Origin: Candidatus Sumerlaeaceae bacterium
GTDB lineage: Bacteria; Sumerlaeota; Sumerlaeia; Sumerlaeales; Sumerlaeaceae
Direction of reading: 5' to 3'
Assembly (NCBI GenBank): GCA_049968255.1
Contig: JBMFRB010000007.1
Span: 1 to 64,000, forward strand
DNA: 64,000 nt
Shown: positions 56,480 through 64,000 of the stretch, piece after piece
Layout of the letters: each line of letters opens with the position of its first letter
How positions within the stretch are numbered: position 1 is the stretch's first letter
Notes under the pieces: model-generated
The model's database searches: none
What the model saw: the letters and a program-made list of their open reading frames with translations, nothing else
Told to the model about the DNA's origin: nothing
Program-made: the position numbers and the translations under genes

Positions 56480-58900
56480 TCAAGGCAGAAATTGGGTGAC
56501 AAAGCTTTTCAGGGCCGCGGATCGTACCTCGATACGATTGCCGTCCGTGGCGACCCACACCGCACCATCGCGATCAGTTCGATAAACACGAGCTCCATGT
56601 GTCTCGAGCCGTTTAAGCACCGCCGGGGAAGGATGCCCGTAGTGGTTGCGCCGGCCGCAGGAAATCACTGCAATCTGTGGCCGAACTGCATCGAGAAAAG
56701 CGTCCGTTGAGCTAGAGGCGCTGCCGTGGTGAGCCACCTTGAGCACGTCGCAGGGGGGCAGATTGTTCGCAAGCATCTCGAGTTCGGCTTGGCGCTCGGC
56801 ATCGCCCGTCATAAGAACACTAAAGTTCCGGTAGCGAACGCAGAGCACAAGGGAACGCTCGTTGTTCGAGCTGAGTGATGGCGATGTGGAACAGGAGGGG
56901 TTCAAGACTTCCAACTCGAGTCCAGATTCGACGACAACGCGATAACCGGCACAGACACGGATGATTGTTGGCAATGCCGTCGCCGTTGTGGTCGTGGGAA
57001 AAAAACGATCGGCAGAAACCATGTCGTTACTGACGATCATCTTTTTCACGTTCCACTCCTCGATAATCGTTGGTGCGCTTCCCGTGTGATCGCTATCTTC
57101 GTGCGTAAGAACGAGATAATCGAGGGGCCAACAGCCGAGTGCGCTGAGCTGTGGAATGACGACCTGCCGCGCCATGTTTGGGATATTGTTTCCGGTATCG
57201 ATGAGCAGTGTGTGGCCAGTGGGCAAGCGCATAAGAGCGGCATCACCCTGACCGACGTCAAAAAACCAGATATGCAACCGGCGATCGGCGCGTTGCCAGG
57301 CGGTGGAAATCATAAGAATCGCGAAGCCTACAAGGACATGAATGGCGAGACGAGCACGAGCCTTGGGAATGAACTCTGGAGAATCGCGCGATACGAGATA
57401 GTAGCCAGACGTCAGGGAGGCGTAATAGGCAAAAACGGCGGGCAACGGGAGCTGCGGCAGATGCAAAATGGCCCAAGTTTGCTCAGCAGTAAAGCGGACG
57501 AGCTCCTCCAGGAGCTGCATCAGCGCGCTGCTCGCTGTACCGATAAGCACTGCAAGGGGTTGCGATAGTAGTGACGCAGCGATGGTGGCTAGTCCGGAAG
57601 CAACGAGGGGACCGCATAAGATTGCTGCAAATACGTTTGTAAGAGGAGACAGCAAGTTGATTTGATTGAAGAAATGAAGTTGCATCGGAAGGAGGAACAG
57701 GGTCACTGCAAGAGTGACGAGTGCAGCGTCGTGAGCTGGTTTAAGAATGGCGCGGAGATGGCCGCCAGAGGGGATGGTCTGCGAAATCGGTAAGATTTTT
57801 TGGAGAATTGGGAAAAAGGTAATGATTCCTAAAACGCCCGCTGCTGAGAGCAAGAACGCTGGCTCCCAAAGAAGGTTCGGCTGAGCAAGAAGCAGGGCGA
57901 AACATCCGACCGTGAGCGCAGTCACGAGGTCTATCTCGCGTCGCAGCCAGGTCGTTGCTGCGTAAGCCGTGAGCATCGAAGCGGCGCGCAACGCTGAGGG
58001 GACAAAATCCGTCAGTGCCACGTAGCACCAAACAAGAATACACGCCATCAACCAAGCACTGGGCCAAGAGAGTCGAAGAGCGCGGAGAATGAGCAGAAAC
58101 ACTGCCGCGAGCGCACTCACATGAAGACCACTCACGGCAAAGAGATGGAACATGTTGCTGTTGCGAAGCCAACGAGTTTCGTGAGGGCGGAGAATGCGAC
58201 GATCGTTGAAGAGCATGCTTGTCAACCACCGACTTTCGTTCGGGGGAAGCGAGTTGTTCAGCGTGGCGGTTGCATAGCGTCGAACGTTATGCAAAGCGCT
58301 GAGGAATCTGCCCTTCAGGCCAGGTGGTGTGATGGTATCGAATCGAGATGTTCGCACAACGGCGTAAATGCCGCGTTGAGCCAGGCGTTGGCGGTAGTTG
58401 GGGCCGAAGAAGTTCTGGTAGGTTTGCGGAAGGTCCAGGGCACCGGTCAGCTCAACGTATTCACCGAGCAAAGGGACTTGTGTCGTGAGCTGATCACCGC
58501 GGGGCACGAGCAACACGAGGACGTCGCCGTCCAGCAAAAATTTACCAGCCTCGCTTTCGATAGAGGGGCGCCTAACCACAAAGCGTTGGGGGGAATCGTC
58601 CGGAGAATCAGCGGATGACACATAACCAGTAAGAAGGACCGACACAGGGGGGCTGAGGTTTTCAAGCTGACTTTGCCCGGCGATTTCTTTGCGGAGGGAG
58701 GAATAGGAGATGAGGGTTCCACACCCCACAAAGACAACCAACACAACGGGCGTTGTCTCGCGTCGCAAAAAGGTCCATATCAGCGCTGAACCAACGAGCA
58801 GGGCAAAAAAGACCCATACAAACGCCATGCTGCGACCTACCCAAAGACCGAGGAGATAGGCCACCAACAACGGAACCAGTGGACGTTTGAAATAGGTCAT
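56480..58900 (-). CDS. comEC: DNA internalization competence protein ComEC/Rec2
   Basis: HLFAVSGLHV, SALRA, DVGQGDA, LTHEDSDH, KVAHHGS, NHYGHP, RTDRDGAV. Confidence 0.93.
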   Translation of the reverse strand: MTYFKRPLVPLLVAYLLGLWVGRSMAFVWVFFALLVGSALIWTFLRRETTPVVLVVFVGCGTLISYSSLRKEIAGQSQLENLSPPVSVLLTGYVSSADSPDDSPQRFVVRRPSIESEAGKFLLDGDVLVLLVPRGDQLTTQVPLLGEYVELTGALDLPQTYQNFFGPNYRQRLAQRGIYAVVRTSRFDTITPPGLKGRFLSALHNVRRYATATLNNSLPPNESRWLTSMLFNDRRILRPHETRWLRNSNMFHLFAVSGLHVSALAAVFLLILRALRLSWPSAWLMACILVWCYVALTDFVPSALRAASMLTAYAATTWLRREIDLVTALTVGCFALLLAQPNLLWEPAFLLSAAGVLGIITFFPILQKILPISQTIPSGGHLRAILKPAHDAALVTLAVTLFLLPMQLHFFNQINLLSPLTNVFAAILCGPLVASGLATIAASLLSQPLAVLIGTASSALMQLLEELVRFTAEQTWAILHLPQLPLPAVFAYYASLTSGYYLVSRDSPEFIPKARARLAIHVLVGFAILMISTAWQRADRRLHIWFFDVGQGDAALMRLPTGHTLLIDTGNNIPNMARQVVIPQLSALGCWPLDYLVLTHEDSDHTGSAPTIIEEWNVKKMIVSNDMVSADRFFPTTTTATALPTIIRVCAGYRVVVESGLELEVLNPSCSTSPSLSSNNERSLVLCVRYRNFSVLMTGDAERQAELEMLANNLPPCDVLKVAHHGSASSSTDAFLDAVRPQIAVISCGRRNHYGHPSPAVLKRLETHGARVYRTDRDGAVWVATDGNRIEVRSAALKSFVTQFLP

Positions 58901-59065
58901 GAACAGGTATATAAGTTGTTGATGAGTGAGATTGCAATTGCTTCATTTCTTCGGACTTACGGCGGGCGACTTTGGCATTTGGATTGAAGGGGGAGCTGGG
59001 GTGAAGTGCATAATGATTTTACTATTGAACTATTTTAGACTCTAGCCGGAGAATAAGATTTCACA

Positions 59066-60295
59066 ATGCTTTTCTGGACTATCGTCAAAGTTGCCCTTCG
59101 GAGCCTGGCGGCGAACAAGCTTCGCTCGTTCCTGACGATGCTCGGCGTCATTATTGGGGTGGCAGCCGTTATTGCCATGCTTGGACTCGGAGCTGGCACG
59201 CGCGAAAAGGTTATGGAATCGGTGCGCACCATGGGAGCAAACCTCCTGGTGATTCGCCCTGGGATGACTGGCGGCGGCACGGGCGTGTTCACCGCAGAGC
59301 GCGTGAATCTCAAAGTTGAAGATGCGCAAGCTATTCTAGCCCAGGTGCCCGAGATTGAAATGGTGTGCCCTGAAGTAACTGGCCGCTTTCAGGTGAAATT
59401 CATGAATAAGAACAGCCGTCCCAGCGTCAACGGCGAGGCGGCCACCTATTTTGCGGTGCGCAACTACGTGATTGATAGAGGGCGCGGTTTTACCGAGGGC
59501 GACGAATTGCGCAATGCGCGAGTGGCCGTGATTGGCCCCAAAACCGCACAAGACCTGTTTGGCGATCTGGATCCCATAGGGCAGACGGTCAAAGTGCGCG
59601 GAATCAATTTTCTTGTTGTTGGCGTGACAAAACCGAAGGGAGACCAGGGTTGGTTCAACCCCGACGATCAAGTGATCATCCCTTACACGACAGCGATGAA
59701 TCAGGTGATGGGGCGCGACAACCTGAGCAGCATTTACTGCAAGGTACGCAATGGTGCCGACATGACCACGGCACAAGACAAGGTCGCAGAGGTTTTGCGT
59801 CGGCAGCACCGGATCCAGCCTGGGATGCCGGATGACTTTACGATCCGCAATCTCCAGGAAATCTCGGATTCACTCAATCAAGTATCGAAAGTCTTCACCA
59901 TGCTTTTGGCAGGAGTCGCCGCGGTCTCGCTGCTGGTTGGCGGTATTGGGATCATGAATATTATGCTGGTGACCGTAACAGAACGGACGCGCGAGATTGG
60001 TGTGCGTAAAGCACTGGGAGCGCGAGCGATTGACCTCATGTCGCAATTTCTGCTGGAAGCCGTGGTGATTAGTTTGACGGGAGGGCTCATTGGCGTGGCC
60101 CTGGGTGTGGGAGCAATCGTGGCATTCAACAGAATCACTGAGGCTCTCTCGGGCTCGGCGTATGGGGCGCAGGTGCAGTTGCTCCCCATCGTGATTTCCT
60201 TTGGCTTCTCCGTTTTAGTTGGCGTGTTTTTCGGCTGGTACCCTGCTCGTAAAGCGGCAAAGCTCGATCCTATTGAGGCTCTCCGGTATGAGTGA
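59066..60295 (+). CDS. ABC transporter permease, MacB/FtsX family
   Basis: LRSFLTMLGVIIGVAAV, LLVGGIGIMNIMLVTVTERTREIG, PARKAAKLDPIEALRYE. Confidence 0.94.
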   Translation: MLFWTIVKVALRSLAANKLRSFLTMLGVIIGVAAVIAMLGLGAGTREKVMESVRTMGANLLVIRPGMTGGGTGVFTAERVNLKVEDAQAILAQVPEIEMVCPEVTGRFQVKFMNKNSRPSVNGEAATYFAVRNYVIDRGRGFTEGDELRNARVAVIGPKTAQDLFGDLDPIGQTVKVRGINFLVVGVTKPKGDQGWFNPDDQVIIPYTTAMNQVMGRDNLSSIYCKVRNGADMTTAQDKVAEVLRRQHRIQPGMPDDFTIRNLQEISDSLNQVSKVFTMLLAGVAAVSLLVGGIGIMNIMLVTVTERTREIGVRKALGARAIDLMSQFLLEAVVISLTGGLIGVALGVGAIVAFNRITEALSGSAYGAQVQLLPIVISFGFSVLVGVFFGWYPARKAAKLDPIEALRYE

Positions 60296-62084
60296 AAAAG
60301 TATTTGCGCGGAGTAGATGGGGGCTCGTCATCGCCTGTCTTGCTTTCGCGGTCAGTGGCTATGCCACGGAGTTTTCCACCGCGACGGTGGTACGCGGAAA
60401 AGCTTTGAGCATGAACCAACTGGAGGAGAAGGGGGAACACCTGGATCCGCTATCTTTACTTGAAGACCTTGACACGGCAACGACGACGCTTCCCGAATCA
60501 CCTTTGGAAGACAGCGCGCTCGAGGTGGGGACCAGGGAGAAGGCAACGTCGATTTCCCACAGTGCACTCAATCTTTTGCCGGCCACTCCCCTACCTGTTG
60601 CAGAGCTTGATTCGGTGAGTACCTCCGGAAAAGGCGCTCGCCCCCTCACCCTCATGGAAGCCCTTTGCTGGGCATTGGAGTCGAACCAGAGCCTGAAGAT
60701 TGAGCGTCTGCGTCCGGAAATTGCGGCGACGAACATTGAGAGCGCGTGGGGTGCTTTCGACACTCGTTTGTCAGCACAGGCCTCCGTAGGCAGTGCACAT
60801 TCTTCAACTTTGTCTCCACGCGCTAAGGATGCCCCGTCCGCACCGCGATCAGAGGACGAGAGGGTGGCTCGGAGTCGTGATCTTTCACTCGACCTGGCTG
60901 GGCGCCTGCCCACGGGCACGGACTACGACCTCGGCTTCGGGATCAATCGCTCGATAACGAACTCGACCTATCCTTTTTACTCTTCGGCGGTGAACCTCAA
61001 CATCACGCAGAACTTACTCAAGGGGGCAGGTCCGAAAGTCAACATGGTGCAAGTGCGCACAGCAGAAAACACCTATCTGATCTCGAAATATCAGCTCCAG
61101 CAGGTGCTGATTAATCTTATCACGAACGTGGAAAACGCGTACTGGGATCTCTATCTATCCTATAAGACGCTTGAGATCCGCCTTGAAGCTTACCGGTTGG
61201 CAAAGGAACAGCGGCACCGAACGGAAGAGCTCGTGCGTGTGGGGCGCGATACGCCCCTTGGACTGTTTAGTGCCCATGCGGAAGAAGCTGCGCGTATTTC
61301 AGACGTGATCAACGCCGTGGCTGAAGTGAAGCGCCGGCGAATCAATTTCATCCAATTGGTGAATCCGGAGCGAGTGCCAGCTGGCTGGGAGACACGTATT
61401 TTCCCTCGGGAGGAGCCCGTGGTTCCGAACGAACCCCTGCTGCCAGAGCAGCATGTGGTGGTGGCTATGAAATACCGCCCCGACCTTCAACAGGCACAAC
61501 TGGATTTGGCCAATGGCGAACTCGAAGTTGTGCGGACGCGCAATGGGTTGTTACCTGTGCTTGATTTTTTCACCGATGTGGGATGGGCGGCCAAAGGCGA
61601 CAATCTTAGCGATACAAATTCGCGCTTGGGAGATTATCCGAGTTGGCGAGTAGGGCTGCAGTTTTCGTACCCGTTGCAAAATCGAACAGCGCGAGCAGCT
61701 TATCGCAGAGCGGAATTCAACCGGGCGCTGGCGACAGAAGCCATTGAGAATTACAAGCAAATCATCGAGGTGGATGTGCGTTTGGCCATCAATGAGATTG
61801 AGCGGACAAAGCGCCTGATTGATTCCACCCACATCACACGACTGCTTCGCGAAGAAGAGCTTGCAGCGGAGATCGAGAAATTTCGTGTAGGGCGTTCGAC
61901 ACAGCTGTTGGTAGCGCAGGCGCAGCGCGATTTGACGGCCGCACGCGTGGATGAGATTTCGGCGGTCGTGGCGCACATCAAGGCCTATCTCAACCTCTTC
62001 AAAGCTGAAGGAAGCGTTTTGCAACGCCGCGGAATCCAGCCCGTGGTCAACGTTGCTAGAACTGGAGTCAGAGGGCGCCAATGA
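60288..62084 (+). CDS. TolC family outer membrane factor
   Basis: Signal peptide; ALESNQSL, ITQNLLKG, VENAYWDL, RPDL, FSYPLQN, FRVGRST; start moved to MSEKVF. Confidence 0.9.
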   Translation: MSEKVFARSRWGLVIACLAFAVSGYATEFSTATVVRGKALSMNQLEEKGEHLDPLSLLEDLDTATTTLPESPLEDSALEVGTREKATSISHSALNLLPATPLPVAELDSVSTSGKGARPLTLMEALCWALESNQSLKIERLRPEIAATNIESAWGAFDTRLSAQASVGSAHSSTLSPRAKDAPSAPRSEDERVARSRDLSLDLAGRLPTGTDYDLGFGINRSITNSTYPFYSSAVNLNITQNLLKGAGPKVNMVQVRTAENTYLISKYQLQQVLINLITNVENAYWDLYLSYKTLEIRLEAYRLAKEQRHRTEELVRVGRDTPLGLFSAHAEEAARISDVINAVAEVKRRRINFIQLVNPERVPAGWETRIFPREEPVVPNEPLLPEQHVVVAMKYRPDLQQAQLDLANGELEVVRTRNGLLPVLDFFTDVGWAAKGDNLSDTNSRLGDYPSWRVGLQFSYPLQNRTARAAYRRAEFNRALATEAIENYKQIIEVDVRLAINEIERTKRLIDSTHITRLLREEELAAEIEKFRVGRSTQLLVAQAQRDLTAARVDEISAVVAHIKAYLNLFKAEGSVLQRRGIQPVVNVARTGVRGRQ

Positions 62085-63460
62085 AAAAGACGGTCGTTAT
62101 GGCCATCCTCGTCGTGGTTGGTGTTGGGATTTATTGGAAATGGGGGCGTGCTGCCAAATCTCCGGCAAGCGAAGTGGAAGCGGCTCCACGAACGGTCAAG
62201 GTGGAACGTGGCACCATCGAACTGAAAGTGTCAACGACGGGGCGCGTCGTGGCAAATCGCGACGTGGATATCAAGTCGAAAGCTAGTGGGCAAATCATCC
62301 GCTTTCCGTATGACATCAGCGATCCAGTGACCAGCGGCGCCTTGCTAGCGGAGCTCGACCCGGTTGATGAAATCCGAAATGTGACACAACGCGAGGCCGC
62401 ACTGATTTCAGCGAAAGCGCGATTGGAGCAAGCCAAACAAGACTACGAAGTGGCGCTAGTGAACATGGAGACGCAGACGTCTAGCGCGCTTGCCGAGCTG
62501 GCGGCCGCAACAATTCGCGAACGCGATGCACGGTCTCGCTTGGCCCGCGAGGAGGAGTTATACAAAAAAGGACTGACGACAAAAGAAGCGCTCGACGCGG
62601 CACGAAGCGAAGCAGCCAGCGCGGCAAATCAAATGCGCCAGGCTGAAGTGAAGGTTGCGCAAACGAAAAACTTCCCGCGTACGGTGGAAATGAAGCGCCA
62701 AGACATCCTCTTGGCGGAAGCGGACGTAAAAAGAGCCCAAGTAGACTTGCAAAACGCACAGCAGCGGTTGCGTGAGACAAAAATTTTCGCTCCTATGGAT
62801 GGGGTGGTGACCGCAAAGATGGTGCAGGAAGGGCAAATTATCTCCTCGGGAATTTCGAACGTTGGTGGCGGCACGACCCTTATGACGCTGAGCGATCTTT
62901 CGCGCATTTTTGTGAACGCCAACGTCGACGAATCGGACATAGGTAAAGTGAAATTGGGGCAACGGGCCACCATCACTTGCGATGCTTATCCGGGCAAACG
63001 TTTCCGAGGCAAGGTTGTGCGGATTGCCACAAAAGGCACAAATAATAATAACGTTGTGACCTTTGAGGTGAAAATCGAGATTGAAGGGGAAGGAAAAGAG
63101 CTGCTGCGGCCAGAAATGACTGCGAATGTTGAGATCCAGGCTGACCGCAAAGAAGATGTACTGCTTTTGCCAAATGAAGCTGTGCAGTACGGACGTATGG
63201 GCTACTTCGTCGAGGTCAAGAAAGAAGACGATCCGACCACAACCGTGAGAAAACCGGTGAAAACCGGCATCACAGATGGGCTTCAGACGGAAATTATCGA
63301 AGGCGTGAAAGAGGGCGAAGAGGTCCTTGTTCCGACAACGATTCAAAGCCGATGGGTTCAGGGGCAAGGCGGACCTGGTCAACGCAGTGGAGCAAACTTT
63401 GACCGCGGTATGCGGATGGCGACGTTCCGTTTGAGTGGAGCGGGAGGTGGCAGACGGTAA
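62081..63460 (+). CDS. MacA-like efflux periplasmic adaptor subunit
   Basis: N-terminal [11 protein letters not shown], long alpha-hairpin, [27 protein letters not shown]. Confidence 0.92.
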   Translation: MKKTVVMAILVVVGVGIYWKWGRAAKSPASEVEAAPRTVKVERGTIELKVSTTGRVVANRDVDIKSKASGQIIRFPYDISDPVTSGALLAELDPVDEIRNVTQREAALISAKARLEQAKQDYEVALVNMETQTSSALAELAAATIRERDARSRLAREEELYKKGLTTKEALDAARSEAASAANQMRQAEVKVAQTKNFPRTVEMKRQDILLAEADVKRAQVDLQNAQQRLRETKIFAPMDGVVTAKMVQEGQIISSGISNVGGGTTLMTLSDLSRIFVNANVDESDIGKVKLGQRATITCDAYPGKRFRGKVVRIATKGTNNNNVVTFEVKIEIEGEGKELLRPEMTANVEIQADRKEDVLLLPNEAVQYGRMGYFVEVKKEDDPTTTVRKPVKTGITDGLQTEIIEGVKEGEEVLVPTTIQSRWVQGQGGPGQRSGANFDRGMRMATFRLSGAGGGRR

Positions 63461-63462
63461 TC

Positions 63463-64000
63463 GTGACCCACAGCATAGATTTGCGCAACATCGTGAAAAT
63501 CTACAAAATGGGCGACCAGGAAGTGCGAGCAGTGGATGGCGTGTCGTTCGTCGTTGAACCTGGCGAAATGGTAGCAATCACTGGCGCGTCAGGGAGCGGG
63601 AAAACGACGCTCATGAACATCATCGGATGCCTGGACCGTCCAACGTCGGGTCAGTACTTTCTCGATGGCGAGGACGTCAGTAAACTTTCCGAGAATGCTC
63701 TTGCGCGAATTCGAAATCGTAAAATCGGCTTTGTGTTTCAAAACTTCAACCTCTTGCCACGCATGACAGCGCTGGAAAACGTGGAGGTTCCACTGCTCTA
63801 TGCAGGATTCCGCCACGCGAAAGATCAGGCCATGGAGGCCTTACAACGAGTGGGCCTTGCGCAACGAGCGCATCATGAGCCAAATCAACTCTCGGGGGGA
63901 CAACGGCAGCGCGTGGCTATTGCGCGTGCGCTCGTGACAAACCCGACGATCATCCTGGCGGACGAGCCGACCGGCAACCTCGACTCGCGAACGAGCGTGG
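63463..64000 (+). CDS. ABC transporter ATP-binding protein, MacB/LolD type (3' truncated)
   Basis: Not in the ORF track; translated by hand from GTG 63463: [45 protein letters not shown]. Confidence 0.93.
   Translation, partial: MTHSIDLRNIVKIYKMGDQEVRAVDGVSFVVEPGEMVAITGASGSGKTTLMNIIGCLDRPTSGQYFLDGEDVSKLSENALARIRNRKIGFVFQNFNLLPRMTALENVEVPLLYAGFRHAKDQAMEALQRVGLAQRAHHEPNQLSGGQRQRVAIARALVTNPTIILADEPTGNLDSRTSV

Noticed and set aside
1-64000. CRISPR arrays, tRNA/rRNA, IS elements, integrases, phage, defence or retron-type genes
   Set aside because: No spaced repeats, cloverleafs, transposase, recombinase or reverse transcriptase motifs seen; intergenic gaps are all under about 600 bp. Small elements could be missed without tools.

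Overview
This 64 kb window is gene-dense, moderately GC-rich chromosomal DNA from a diderm (LPS-producing) bacterium, based on waaA, TolC and a DUF374 acyltransferase. The gene mix suggests a deep-branching, poorly studied lineage such as Sumerlaeota/BRC1, but that is a guess. Most of it is housekeeping or envelope related: carB (5' truncated), galE, hemL, a waaA/glycosyltransferase cluster, an orphan sdhB, dapB, lysC, argC, dnaJ, ftsY, a complete Rrf2-sufBCDSUT operon, rplM-rpsI, leuA, aroC, comEC and a MacAB-TolC-type ABC exporter (3' truncated). I saw no rRNA, tRNA, CRISPR array, transposase or prophage. The strongest non-coding signal is a complete leucine (CUC) T-box riboswitch upstream of leuA, which is unusual in a Gram-negative organism. 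Other notable items are an AroK-Cmk fusion, a PduL with a microcompartment encapsulation peptide but no shell genes nearby, a circularly permuted SpoIVB-like protease divergent from a sigma factor with altered DNA-recognition residues, a DHS-like gene coupled to lysC, and a 39% acidic four-cysteine miniprotein near suf. All calls come from motif recognition by eye; no searches were run.
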